The notes: generated from the sequence alone by a model not told the origin. DNA of 64,000 nucleotides from Nitrososphaeria archaeon (GCA_029775855.1 JARVJZ010000001.1:224001-288000), one strand, 5' to 3'. Counted from the first letter of the stretch, positions 17,738 to 27,700 are shown. Numbers and translations: made by a program.

Positions 17738-18271
17738 TTATGCCTCCTCAGTGGTTGGTGTTGTTAGGGTTGCTGGGGCTATTCTACCTTTATAAACGCT
17801 ATCTGCTCTAAAGCCTACTTTGGGCTCTTCTTCTGCGGATACAATGTAGCTTGGTTTTGTAATGACTCTATCTCCTATTGCGATGTGTCTATGTGTTATG
17901 AGTTGACGGGCTTGGTAGGGTGTTTGAGCTAAACCTTTTCTCCACACTATGGTTTGAAGTCTTCTCGCCAAAATGTTTTCTACCGTAAGGCTTAGTATGT
18001 CATCTAGAGTAGCGTCTTTTGATACTATGCCTCTCTTTGCTAGTGAGTTTAAGAGAGTAGCTTCTCTTTTCGCTCTGATCTCTGGTGGTGCGGCTAGAAG
18101 TGTCCTTGCCTGTTTGCGTATATTAGAGAGAATTGTCTGCGCCTTCCACAGTTCCCTTTTATTTCTTAACCCATAGGTGCCAAGCAGATATAGTTCTTGA
18201 GAAAGCAGGTCTGCTCTCCAAGGTGTCCTAGGTCTGCTGAATGTTTTTCTAGGTTTTTTAGGGTCTCCCAT
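17738..18271 (-). CDS. rps4: 30S ribosomal protein S4
   Basis: MGDPKK, YGLRNKRELW, RRLQTIV, ARQLITHRHI. Confidence 0.98.
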   Translation of the reverse strand: MGDPKKPRKTFSRPRTPWRADLLSQELYLLGTYGLRNKRELWKAQTILSNIRKQARTLLAAPPEIRAKREATLLNSLAKRGIVSKDATLDDILSLTVENILARRLQTIVWRKGLAQTPYQARQLITHRHIAIGDRVITKPSYIVSAEEEPKVGFRADSVYKGRIAPATLTTPTTEEA

Positions 18272-18278
18272 ATGCTGA

Positions 18279-18725
18279 TCACGACGCCGACTTTCTTACA
18301 CCTACGGTTCTACCTTTTCTACCTGTTGTGCGTGTTCTTTGTCCTCTGACCTTTAATCCTAGTGAGTGGCGTATTCCTCTCCAGCTACCGACCATCTTCT
18401 CACGCTCTATATCATTCTTTACTGCTAGCTCAAGATCTGCGCCTATAAGATGGTAGTTTAACCCTGTGTCAAGGCTCTTTCTTCGGTTAAGCTTCCAGCT
18501 CGGTATTCCTATTCTGCTTGGATCGCTCAAGCCTTTCTCTATCTCATTTATTTCGATATCTGAAAGAGCGCCCAGTCTCATTTTTGGGTCAAGCCTTAAA
18601 GCGTTAACTATGGCGTAAGCTAGGTTTAAGCCTACGCCTTTGAGGTCGGCTAGCGCTGCTATCAACTTTTTTGACCCGTCGAGGTCTTTACCTTTTATTC
18701 TCACGATATGCTTGAATTCACTCAA
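18279..18725 (-). CDS. rps13: 30S ribosomal protein S13
   Basis: SWRGIRHSLGLKVRGQRTRTTGR. Confidence 0.98.
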   Translation of the reverse strand: MSEFKHIVRIKGKDLDGSKKLIAALADLKGVGLNLAYAIVNALRLDPKMRLGALSDIEINEIEKGLSDPSRIGIPSWKLNRRKSLDTGLNYHLIGADLELAVKNDIEREKMVGSWRGIRHSLGLKVRGQRTRTTGRKGRTVGVRKSAS

Positions 18726-18828
18726 TCTTCAGACTCACTTTGACTCCTTTAGTAAGATGGCTCAACCTAACCCTTTAAAGACTTTTCGCGTATCAACTTA
18801 AAAACATCTATGTCTATCTCTTTCTGAT

Positions 18829-19794
18829 ATGGGTAGTTGGAGAAGCGTCTACGGAGATGTGTTAGAGAATCTTCTTGATGAGCATAAAGAGTCAGCCGTT
18901 GGTGTTGTTGGCTGCTGGGCTAAAGATATTAGCCACCCCGTCTGTGAACTCGACTTACTTGTTGTCTCGTCTCGTCAACCATTCTTTGAAAGGAGGGTAG
19001 AGAATCAACTTATTATAGATATCATATTTGTGGATGAACAGCAGTTATCTAGGCAGAGTGAGGGGCTTCTTGCTTCAACTTTAAGTGAATGCTTAATCTT
19101 GCAAGATCCAAAGCTGCTTTTAGCCTCAATAATATCTTCAGCAAAAACTCGTGCTTTAAATGAATGTAGGCCTCTCGCCGCTTCGGCTCTTACAAACACT
19201 GTAGGCTACCTTGGCTTGGCTAAGCGTGCACTTAAAGATGGTTGTAGTATGAGTGGAGGCTTTTGGCTTCTTTCAGCTGGCTATAGTCTACTTGAAGTTT
19301 TACTTTGGGCTGCTGGTGATAAACCTCGTCCTTCACACTTGCTTAGTCAGTTTAGGTCGTATAGCGGTTCTCACTCAGATGTTCTTGGCGCCGCGTTAGG
19401 TCTTGTAGACGCTACATCAACGAGTGTTAAAAGGCGGCTTAATTTTCTATCTATGGTTTATGATGCAGAGGCTTTAGGGCTTTTAGATGGTTGTAAGTTA
19501 GAGGTACTCCTCCCTACTCTCGCTTCGAAGAAGGCTCTGTATCTGCTGGAGTCTAATAGAGTGGTTGATGCCTACATCTACCTAGGGTATCTTATCGTAG
19601 AAGTGCTTAGGCGTATCTACCGAAGTTGTGTGGAACTACTACCAAAAGCTAGACTCCACAGATTTATTGAAGACTTAGATAGCAAAGGTACTCTTGGTAA
19701 GGGCGCTGTAAGAGCGGCTTCTTTCCCACCTATTGACACAACGCTAATACAAGGATTAGAACAGACAACTTTTAAGCTTGCTCAAAAGATATAG
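18829..19794 (+). CDS. Hypothetical protein, nucleotidyltransferase-like N-terminal fold plus helical domain
   Basis: VGVVGCW...CELDLLVV...IDI resembles a degenerate GS..DxD..D motif. Confidence 0.5.
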   Translation: MGSWRSVYGDVLENLLDEHKESAVGVVGCWAKDISHPVCELDLLVVSSRQPFFERRVENQLIIDIIFVDEQQLSRQSEGLLASTLSECLILQDPKLLLASIISSAKTRALNECRPLAASALTNTVGYLGLAKRALKDGCSMSGGFWLLSAGYSLLEVLLWAAGDKPRPSHLLSQFRSYSGSHSDVLGAALGLVDATSTSVKRRLNFLSMVYDAEALGLLDGCKLEVLLPTLASKKALYLLESNRVVDAYIYLGYLIVEVLRRIYRSCVELLPKARLHRFIEDLDSKGTLGKGAVRAASFPPIDTTLIQGLEQTTFKLAQKI

Positions 19795-19835
19795 ATGTTA
19801 AGCTTAAATGACACATCGTAGCATATTACTTTAGA

Positions 19836-20900
19836 ATGTCATCCCCAAAGACTACATTCAAGGATTTCTACCACATAGTTGTTGACAGCGGTCAATGCTG
19901 CGGCTGCGGTTCCTGTGTTGCTGTATGCCCCCTCTCGGCTTTAAGCTATCTTTACGATGAGACACTACCTGTGCTGGTTGGTAAATGCACAGACTGTGGT
20001 GTCTGCTTCAAAGCTTGCCCACGCTACAACTTTAATGTGGAGGAGGTGGAGAAGATGCTCTTTAATCGAACAAGAAGCGAAAGCGAAGTCTTCGGCGTGC
20101 ATCACAATATACTTGCAGCCAGGAGTCGCATCCCTGATGTGCTTAAGGTGTGTCAAGATGGGGGGTTAGTGTCCTCTCTACTCATATGGGCTCTTGAAAA
20201 TAAGGTTGTTGACGCAGCTGTTGTTGCAAGCTTTAACCCAGAAACTTGGGACGCTAAGCCAAGATTTGTTAGAACAAGAGAAGAGGTTCTCTCATCAGCC
20301 GGTACACGCTACACCTATAGCCCTAATAATCTGTTGCTGCGTGAAGCTGGGGCTAACAATATTAAAGTAGCCTTCGTTGGAACGGGGTGTGAAGTTGAAG
20401 CGGTTAGAAAGATGCAGTATCATAAGCTGAGGAAGAGTGTGGGCACAGTTGTCTTCACAATAGGTTTGATGTGCCACGAAAGCTACACGATGAATGGGCT
20501 AATAGACAAGAAGATACGCGGAGAACTGGGAATAGAGCCTAATCAAATAGCTAAAATGAACATCAAGGGTAAGATAATAATTGAGACAAAAGATGGTAAA
20601 GTTGCAGAAATAGGGCTAAAGGACGCTAGACAATATGTAAGGAAAGGATGCTTCTACTGCGGAGACTTCTCAGCGGAGCTAGCAGATATATCGGCTGGAG
20701 GCGCTGGTGCACAAGGCTGGACGATATGTGTAGTAAGGACAGATCAAGGTAAAAACATTCTTGAGTCTGCTGAGAAAGCTGGCTACTTGGAAATAGAGCC
20801 GATAGAGAAGCATAAATCATCATATGATACCGTAGTCAAGCTATCCAACATCCAGAGAAACAGAAGGGCAAAGGCTCTAAGCGGCGCCTTAAACATCTAA
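19836..20900 (+). CDS. FrhB/FdhB-family F420-binding oxidoreductase with N-terminal 2x[4Fe-4S] (FqoF/FpoF-like)
   Basis: Two CxxCxxCxxxCP motifs, QDGGLVS, GTRY, FVGTGC, IGLMC, GCFYCGDF..ADISAG. Confidence 0.9.
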   Translation: MSSPKTTFKDFYHIVVDSGQCCGCGSCVAVCPLSALSYLYDETLPVLVGKCTDCGVCFKACPRYNFNVEEVEKMLFNRTRSESEVFGVHHNILAARSRIPDVLKVCQDGGLVSSLLIWALENKVVDAAVVASFNPETWDAKPRFVRTREEVLSSAGTRYTYSPNNLLLREAGANNIKVAFVGTGCEVEAVRKMQYHKLRKSVGTVVFTIGLMCHESYTMNGLIDKKIRGELGIEPNQIAKMNIKGKIIIETKDGKVAEIGLKDARQYVRKGCFYCGDFSAELADISAGGAGAQGWTICVVRTDQGKNILESAEKAGYLEIEPIEKHKSSYDTVVKLSNIQRNRRAKALSGALNI

Positions 20901-21902
20901 ACCTATTTTGAGCCTCCGCTCAGCGATCTCTGTGCTATGTTCATATGAAGGCGCACTAGGCTCTATAAACTTCTTAGCAGAGTTAACCGCAATAGCAACA
21001 TCGGCAAACCCTACCACAAGCAGATTAAGCTTTACAGATTCAGGTTTATAGGCTACATCCCCAGCTGCATAAACACCTGGCAGAGATGTCTCCATTCTGC
21101 TGTTAACTTTTATTTGCCTACCGTGTATTTCCATCCCCCAGTTCTTTATCGGTCCGAGGTCTGCTTTAAAGCCTATGAACACAAGTATGGCGTCAACGGG
21201 TATTGTGTCTTCTTCCCCCGTTTTATTGTTGTAGATTGTTGCTTGCTCAATATGGCTTTCTCCTTGTGCCTCTTTGATTTCATGTGAGAGGCGTATATCT
21301 ATACCTAGCTCTTTAACCTTCTTAACCGTATATTCATGTGCTCTAAACACATCCCTCCTATTAATTAATGTGATGTGCTTAGCATAAGTTGCCAGCTCAT
21401 AAGCCCAATCAAGCGCTGAGTCTCCTCCACCTATTATTAGAAGCCGCTTACCTCTGAACTCCTCTTTACTCTTAACAGAATAATATACTCCTCTACCCTC
21501 AAATCTATCGATAGCTTGATTACCAAGCTTATTAGGTTGAATAGCCCCAACACCAGCAGTTATCAAAACAGTCTTGGTGAAATGCTCACCTCTATCAGTC
21601 CTAAGAATGTAAACCCCATCTTTACGCTCTAAATCTATAGCAGTCTCATTAAATCGGAAGACCGCACCCATCGAAAGCGCTTGCTCATAAAGGTTCTTAG
21701 CAAGAGCTTTTGCCTGAATCTTCAAGAAGCCAGGCACATCTATTATATACTTCTCAGGGTAAAGTGTGATGAGCTGCCCACCAGCCTGAGGCAGAGTTTC
21801 TAAAACTTTGCAAGTCATCTCTCTTAATCCAGCGTAGAAGGCGCCGAATAGTCCAGAAGGGCCTGACCCTATTACTGTTATGTCGAAGATATCCATTAAC
21901 AT
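20889..21902 (-). CDS. TrxB-like ferredoxin-NADP+ reductase (YumC type)
   Basis: GSGPSG, GGQLITLYPEKYI, GGGDSALDW, no CxxC. Confidence 0.9.
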   Translation of the reverse strand: MLMDIFDITVIGSGPSGLFGAFYAGLREMTCKVLETLPQAGGQLITLYPEKYIIDVPGFLKIQAKALAKNLYEQALSMGAVFRFNETAIDLERKDGVYILRTDRGEHFTKTVLITAGVGAIQPNKLGNQAIDRFEGRGVYYSVKSKEEFRGKRLLIIGGGDSALDWAYELATYAKHITLINRRDVFRAHEYTVKKVKELGIDIRLSHEIKEAQGESHIEQATIYNNKTGEEDTIPVDAILVFIGFKADLGPIKNWGMEIHGRQIKVNSRMETSLPGVYAAGDVAYKPESVKLNLLVVGFADVAIAVNSAKKFIEPSAPSYEHSTEIAERRLKIGLDV

Positions 21903-21957
21903 ACCTATCAGATTTTGCTACATATATTGTTTATATTCATCTTCGCCTTACCATTAA

Positions 21958-22989
21958 TTGTTGAAGATAGGTAGGCGGAAGCTAATCACTTTATCCGCTT
22001 TAGGGGTTGTTGGAGCTTTGGCTACAGCATACTTTACTGTAATGTCAATTAGGAAGATGAAAGTTAATACTGAAGTTGTGAAGCCCGCTGAAGTATATTT
22101 GGTTAAGACTAATGATAGAGTTAACGGTGTGAAAAGACTCTTAGCTAAATCTGATTTAGCAGAGTATAAGGGTAAACGGGTCTTCTTGAAAGCTAACTTT
22201 AACAGTTCTGACCCCTACCCCGCTTCAACCCACCCAGACACACTCAGAACGATAGTTAATAGCCTAAGAAGCGTAGAAGTAAAAGAAGTGGTTCTAGGAG
22301 AGCGCAGTGGAATGGGTAACACAAGAGATGTCCTCAATAAAGTAGGCGTATTCAATATATCCGCTGAATCTGGATTAAAGATAGAAGTGCTTAACGAGAA
22401 CCCCCTCGATAAATGGGTTAAGATTGAACCAAACGGCACACATTGGTTAAACGGCTTCTATTTACCTAAAACCCTACTAGAATCAGATAAAGTTATCCAA
22501 ACATGCTGCTTAAAGACACATAGATTTGGTGGGCACTTTACCATGTCTTTAAAGAACTCGGTTGGTCTCGTCGCAAAAAGTGTGCCAGGAGAACTTTACG
22601 ATTATATGGTTGAATTGCATACTTCTCCTTATCAGCGGCTTATGATAGCTGAAATCAACGCATTTTATAATACAGATTTTATAATCTTGGATGCGTTATC
22701 TGGTTTCGCTACAGGCGGCCCAGAGAGCGGTAAACTCATTAACCCTAACTTGATTATCGCTGGTAAAGATAGAGTTGCGGTAGATGCGGTTGGTGTGGCT
22801 GTGCTGAGAAGATTCGGCTCCACATCTGAAGTTATGAGAGGTAGAATATTTGAGCTTGAGCAGATCAAGAGAGCTGCTGAAATAGGCGTTGGTGTTAACG
22901 CGGCTAAAGATATAAAACTTAGACCTTTAGATGAAGAAAGCAGAGAGGATGCTGAGCAGATAGAGGAAATACTACAACAACAGGGATAA
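21958..22989 (+). CDS. DUF362 protein with twin-arginine signal
   Basis: GRRKLI plus hydrophobic stretch; LKANF, STHP, LKTH, TMSLKN, D.VAVD. Confidence 0.8.
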   Translation: MLKIGRRKLITLSALGVVGALATAYFTVMSIRKMKVNTEVVKPAEVYLVKTNDRVNGVKRLLAKSDLAEYKGKRVFLKANFNSSDPYPASTHPDTLRTIVNSLRSVEVKEVVLGERSGMGNTRDVLNKVGVFNISAESGLKIEVLNENPLDKWVKIEPNGTHWLNGFYLPKTLLESDKVIQTCCLKTHRFGGHFTMSLKNSVGLVAKSVPGELYDYMVELHTSPYQRLMIAEINAFYNTDFIILDALSGFATGGPESGKLINPNLIIAGKDRVAVDAVGVAVLRRFGSTSEVMRGRIFELEQIKRAAEIGVGVNAAKDIKLRPLDEESREDAEQIEEILQQQG

Positions 22990-22994
22990 CAAAC

Positions 22995-23414
22995 CTATTC
23001 TTCTCTAACAACCTTACTGCTCGAAATTATGTGCCTAACCTCCACAGATAATTCACTTAGATATTTCGATATATACCTTCTATGACAACCAGTTGGGCTA
23101 ACTTCTAAACACATGATGCATACCGTATTTTCTGCAATCTCTTTAAGAAGAAGTTCAACTCCTCTTTGGAACTCGGCACTTTCCATGTATTTGTCGAAGC
23201 CACCTTTACGGTAGCCGCCTAACTCATCACCAAGCCAGAGATATTTGATAGCAGCCTCTCCAAGCCACTTCTCCATTATAACCTTTTTGAAATCTTCGAA
23301 CTTTGAGTTAGGATACCTTCTAACATCCACAAGAACCTTTACCTTATGTTTTCTTAGAAGCTCAAGAAAAGATGACCTACTTCTCCCGCCGTAGCCTATA
23401 GTGTAGACGATCAT
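22995..23414 (-). CDS. DUF488 family protein
   Basis: YTIGY, LVDVRRYP, ELGG, MCLE...CHR. Confidence 0.88.
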   Translation of the reverse strand: MIVYTIGYGGRSRSSFLELLRKHKVKVLVDVRRYPNSKFEDFKKVIMEKWLGEAAIKYLWLGDELGGYRKGGFDKYMESAEFQRGVELLLKEIAENTVCIMCLEVSPTGCHRRYISKYLSELSVEVRHIISSSKVVREE

Positions 23415-24439
23415 CTAAGTTTCTTCGCCGCAAGCCTAGCTATCTCATCAGCCATTTCAGACGATTTAGCGTCGCCGCCTAGATCATATGTGACCACTCT
23501 CTTTTCAGATATGACTTCTTCTGTCGCTTCGAATATAGCGCGGCTTCGCTTTACATCGCCAAGATACTCAAGCATCCACGCGCCTGAGAGGATAGTGGCT
23601 GTTGGGTTAACTTTGTCTAAGCCCTTATACTTTGGTGAACTACCGTGGGCTGGCTCAAACATGGCGTAATTGTCTCCGAAGTTGCCTGAGTAGACCATAC
23701 CTATGCTACCGACTAGGGCTGAAGCCTCCTCTGAAATTATGTCCATAAAGAGGTTGGTGCTCAATATCACATGCCGATTGAAGCGTTGCGGATTCTTAAT
23801 GAGCTGCTGAGTAAAGTTATCTATATAATATTCCTCAACAGTAACATTTGGATATTCTCTACCAACCTCTTGAACAGAGTTAAAGAAGAGACTGTCCGTC
23901 TCTTTCAAAATATTTCTCTTAGTCACAACTATAAGGTTGCTCCACCCCCTTTTCAAAGCCTCCTCAAAAGCTCGTTTAGCAACCCTCACAGAAGCACCTC
24001 TTGTAATCTTTCTAATAGCAAAGGCAGCATCATCGCTGATTCGAAACTCTAAGCCGCTATACAAACCTTCAGTAGCTTCTCTAACGCAGACAAACTCAAC
24101 CGGACCTAACGGCCCCTCCGCACTCTTGAATGTCTTGATCGGTCTTATGTTTGCGTAGAGTTTGAACCTCTGCCTTATGCTTACAGCTACGCTTCTAGGC
24201 GTATTTGGGTCTGGAGGTGTTGTAGTAGGGCCTTTAAAGCAAGCATCTGAGCTTTCAAGTATAGCCCAAGTTTCTTTAGGTATGAATGAGTCTCCGCCGT
24301 GCTTCTGCCACCACTCAAGCCCAGCATCACAAACATTCATCTCAACTTTAGCCTCGACAGCTTTAAGCACCTTTATCATGCAGTCTACTAACTCTGGTCC
24401 AATTCCGTCTCCTCTGATTAAAGCGACCTTCTTAACCAT
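23411..24439 (-). CDS. Isocitrate/isopropylmalate dehydrogenase family enzyme
   Basis: GDGIGPE, LYANIRP, REATEGLY, FEPAHGS, NPTA, TYDLGG. Confidence 0.93.
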   Translation of the reverse strand: MVKKVALIRGDGIGPELVDCMIKVLKAVEAKVEMNVCDAGLEWWQKHGGDSFIPKETWAILESSDACFKGPTTTPPDPNTPRSVAVSIRQRFKLYANIRPIKTFKSAEGPLGPVEFVCVREATEGLYSGLEFRISDDAAFAIRKITRGASVRVAKRAFEEALKRGWSNLIVVTKRNILKETDSLFFNSVQEVGREYPNVTVEEYYIDNFTQQLIKNPQRFNRHVILSTNLFMDIISEEASALVGSIGMVYSGNFGDNYAMFEPAHGSSPKYKGLDKVNPTATILSGAWMLEYLGDVKRSRAIFEATEEVISEKRVVTYDLGGDAKSSEMADEIARLAAKKLR

Positions 24440-24457
24440 CGACTCTCTTCTACCTTG

Positions 24458-24736
24458 CTAATATCTTATCGCAAACTCTTTAAACTCACCTTTATATTCT
24501 TCTCTATTGACTTCTACCGACTCTACTTCAGCCCCTATTGGTCCACGCTTACACCACTCTACAAATTTACTGAGATTCTCCTCTTCCCCCTCAACCACAG
24601 CCTCAACACGCCCATCGCTAAGATTTCTTACCCACCCCGTTAAGGAAAGAGACTCAGCGATTCTTTTCGCTGTAGACCTGTAGAAGACGCCTTGAACATA
24701 ACCCGAGATGTATATGTGAAGCCTACTTTTTGCCAA
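24458..24736 (-). CDS. acyP: Acylphosphatase
   Basis: GYVQGVFYR, GWVRNLSDGRVE. Confidence 0.95.
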   Translation of the reverse strand: MAKSRLHIYISGYVQGVFYRSTAKRIAESLSLTGWVRNLSDGRVEAVVEGEEENLSKFVEWCKRGPIGAEVESVEVNREEYKGEFKEFAIRY

Positions 24737-24814
24737 ACTACTAGCCCTAAAACTGAGGGCAAATTTAAGCAGAGCTGCTTAATCTATAAATAATTTGAAT
24801 GTGTCTAAAATAAT

Positions 24815-25120
24815 ATGGCTTACAATATGGGTGAACAAGTAAGCGTGGAAGATGTAGAAGACGCGCTGGCTACCATTGTTGACCCAGAGATTGGACTTCC
24901 TATCCTAGAGTTGAAGATGGTGGATAAAATATTGATAGAAGGGGGCGACGTTTCAATAGACTTTCATCTAACAGCACCCCTCTGCCCACCGTTCTTCGCC
25001 CTTAAGATAGCTACAGACATAAAAGAAGCTGTATCAAAGATAAAAGGTGTAAAATCGGTCAAGGTTAACCTCAAACAACACTACTTAGCTGACATGATAA
25101 ACAAAGAAGTCAACAAATAA
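24815..25120 (+). CDS. DUF59/MIP18 Fe-S cluster assembly protein
   Basis: DPEIG..I.EL, LTAPLCP. Confidence 0.88.
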   Translation: MAYNMGEQVSVEDVEDALATIVDPEIGLPILELKMVDKILIEGGDVSIDFHLTAPLCPPFFALKIATDIKEAVSKIKGVKSVKVNLKQHYLADMINKEVNK

Positions 25121-25132
25121 CAATAGGAAAAA

Positions 25133-25885
25133 TTGAAATACGGTAATATTATGTCTAGCACTGTGATTAAAGATATAAAGATAGCTGTAATCGGCGGCGC
25201 TGGGTTAGAAGGTAGAGCAATAGCATCAGAACTTGCAGCATCAGGATATGAAGTCTATATAGGCTCCAGAAACCTCTTTAGAGCACAAGAAGCAGCCCAA
25301 AAGATCGCAAAGACACGAGGTCTAAATGAGGAAAGAGTTATAGGAGCAACAAATGTAGAAGCCGCTAAAGCAGCCGATCTCGTGTTTCTAACAATACCAT
25401 ATGAAGCACTTAAAGACACGCTAGACCAACTTGCACAACATCTTATCGATAAACACATCGTCGATGTTATAGTTCCTTATAAACTCCGCTCACCCATGCT
25501 TCTTAATACAAGGCAGCTCGATAGGTATAGAAGCCACTTTGGCCCAGGGAAGAGCCCCTCAGTCACAGAAGAGATCTATCTATATCTACAAGAGGCTACT
25601 CAGCGTAGACCACACATTACAGCAGCACTTAAGACGCTCTCCTATAAGACGCTTGCTCTAAGCAAGAACATGAAGGAACCTATCCTAACTTGGGGTTACA
25701 ATTCAGAAGACATGCAGATTCTACTAAGCATCTTAAGGCAAGTCTTCCCAAACGCTGAATTAGTTGAAGTGCCTCAGATGTATTGGAGATCAGTAGAAGG
25801 GGTCTGTGAACTCATAAGATTCTTGACGCTGCAAGGCGTGAAGATAGAAGCATTAAACTTCTCGTATAGCCAAAGTAAGCAGTAA
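25133..25885 (+). CDS. Divergent F420H2:NADP+ oxidoreductase (Fno/NpdG-like)
   Basis: IAVIGGAGLEG, GSR, N.EAAK.ADLVFLTIPY; diverged C-terminal half. Confidence 0.6.
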   Translation: MKYGNIMSSTVIKDIKIAVIGGAGLEGRAIASELAASGYEVYIGSRNLFRAQEAAQKIAKTRGLNEERVIGATNVEAAKAADLVFLTIPYEALKDTLDQLAQHLIDKHIVDVIVPYKLRSPMLLNTRQLDRYRSHFGPGKSPSVTEEIYLYLQEATQRRPHITAALKTLSYKTLALSKNMKEPILTWGYNSEDMQILLSILRQVFPNAELVEVPQMYWRSVEGVCELIRFLTLQGVKIEALNFSYSQSKQ

Positions 25886-25910
25886 AATACTTTATAACCC
25901 ACGCTTTAAG

Positions 25911-26225
25911 TTGTATCTGGGGATGCATACAACTAAGAGCACACCATTCACTGGGCTGGTATTAATCATCCTTTCAATAATAACGTTAAAGCTGGATGCA
26001 CCCTTATTTGCAGCGACTTCATTTCTTATGGTTATATTAGGGCTCATCCTTATACTTCTACCAGATCTAAAAGGGGTAAAGATGAAGCCTCGACAATACT
26101 CACTTAGAGAACCTTCAACCTCCACAACTTCAGCAAATGAATGGACAGACAAATGTGTAATCTGCGGTAAGCCTGTGCCGCCTGATGTAGCGTACTGCGA
26201 TGAATGCTCTAAGAAAAGAGGTTAA
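25911..26225 (+). CDS. Small membrane protein with C-terminal Zn finger
   Basis: Two TM segments, then CVICG..VPP....CDEC. Confidence 0.6.
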   Translation: MYLGMHTTKSTPFTGLVLIILSIITLKLDAPLFAATSFLMVILGLILILLPDLKGVKMKPRQYSLREPSTSTTSANEWTDKCVICGKPVPPDVAYCDECSKKRG

Positions 26226-26234
26226 AGCGCTCTG

Positions 26235-26360
26235 CTACCACTTTCTTCTATCGCCTTCAAGTAGACCCTTACCAATATGAACTTGGTCAATATGCTTTGA
26301 GAGGGCAGCCTTATCTGGGAAGACAGAGTCACAATATGGACATCTTACACCTTCAACCAT
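26235..26360 (-). CDS. Small C2H2 zinc-finger protein (41 aa)
   Basis: MVEGVRCPYCDSVF...ALSKHIDQVH; ATG at 26360 is preferred over the ORF-track start inside endA. Confidence 0.75.
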   Translation of the reverse strand: MVEGVRCPYCDSVFPDKAALSKHIDQVHIGKGLLEGDRRKW

Positions 26361-26410
26361 ATGCTCTACACCAACACAAGTAGTAAATATATAGTTAGAT
26401 AGATAAACAT

Positions 26411-26968
26411 TTAAGCCCTCCACCAATCAAAAGTGATAAACTCAACACGCTTTTGAACCACATCCGCAACAGCCAAGATGAACTGCTTCCTCACAGTAGT
26501 AGCTAACCTACCTGATAGAATAATTCTGGTAGCAGTGAGATCTTGGGAAGGTTTGACGACTTCAACAAGATAAGGTGCGTGGTCTATTCCGGGACCATGC
26601 TCATAGACTGCAAAATCACAACCAAACTTGATTCCAGGGCTTACAACTAACCCCGCATCTCTAAGATTTCTATACACCAGATACTTCTCTGGGAATTCAA
26701 TGTACTCAGACTCACAGATCTTCTTTAACATCTTTATACCAACCTTACTATGTAAAGGAGATCGCCTTATTGTAATCCTACCGCGCTCCAAAAGATAGTA
26801 TCCCTCTATTAAATCGAGAACCAAAGGTGCGTTGAATTCAGCGTTTTTAGGCTTAGGTATACCTAACGGCTTACCGTAGAAGCCTTCTTTAAAAAGGGAC
26901 CTTGCATCCTCAATGCTCCAGATGATTATTCTGTTTCCGACAAGCTCTGCGGGTATAGCAGCGCTCAA
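26411..26968 (-). CDS. endA: tRNA splicing endonuclease, catalytic subunit
   Basis: GIKFGCDFAVYEHGPGIDHAPY and TVRK (Tyr/His/Lys triad); GFYGKPLGIPKPK crenarchaeal-specific-type loop. Confidence 0.95.
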   Translation of the reverse strand: MSAAIPAELVGNRIIIWSIEDARSLFKEGFYGKPLGIPKPKNAEFNAPLVLDLIEGYYLLERGRITIRRSPLHSKVGIKMLKKICESEYIEFPEKYLVYRNLRDAGLVVSPGIKFGCDFAVYEHGPGIDHAPYLVEVVKPSQDLTATRIILSGRLATTVRKQFILAVADVVQKRVEFITFDWWRA

Positions 26969-26979
26969 TCTAAATTACC

Positions 26980-27633
26980 TTATAGGCTGAGGGCTATTAC
27001 TGTTACTGAATCAGCAGCTTTGAGGCATTGATCTGCCATGCTCTCGACTCTTTCAATTATGTCCTTCAAGACAAGCACCTCTTTTAACGAGTCTAACTCG
27101 TTCAGCAACCTTAAGGTAAGCGCCCTATATTGGTCATCAACTTGCCTCTCGATCTTCTGAATGCTGTTAGTGAGCTCTAACACCATACTTGGGTTTATAG
27201 TCAATGCTCTCACAACCTCGTTGAGCCGGTGTATCATCTCAACCGCCAAGTCAATCACCGAACCGAGATCCTTCAACATAGTAGTCTTCTTAAAGTCCTT
27301 AAGCTTGAAGCCAGCCAACCTAAAGGCAGCGCTAGATATGTAGCTAGAAATTTCCTCAATATCATAAGCCGCGCGTAAAACATCCTCCCGATTTATTACC
27401 ATAGGTCCGAGTTCCGCAAGCTCCCTAGTCAGCATCCGTCTTAGATTCTCTACATCATCCTCCGCCTTCATAATCTTCTCAACAGATGCGTTAAGCGTTT
27501 GCTGGTCGTTAGAGACAACCGCCGGAAAGGTTTCAGAAAGTTCTCTAGCAGCGTCAAGCACACGCCTAGTCTCATCTTGGAGAATAGAGAGCGTCTTTCT
27601 CCTTGCTTGAAGTTCTGTACCACCGCTGAACAT
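26980..27633 (-). CDS. DUF47/PhoU-like phosphate transport regulator
   Basis: Two helical repeats E..V...R and ERQVD, REDV, E.MAD. Confidence 0.8.
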   Translation of the reverse strand: MFSGGTELQARRKTLSILQDETRRVLDAARELSETFPAVVSNDQQTLNASVEKIMKAEDDVENLRRMLTRELAELGPMVINREDVLRAAYDIEEISSYISSAAFRLAGFKLKDFKKTTMLKDLGSVIDLAVEMIHRLNEVVRALTINPSMVLELTNSIQKIERQVDDQYRALTLRLLNELDSLKEVLVLKDIIERVESMADQCLKAADSVTVIALSL

Positions 27634-27700
27634 AGATTTCCAATAAATGTCGGGACAGTTTATTAATAATTTTTACTATCGCCTTATCTAACCGGCTTCC

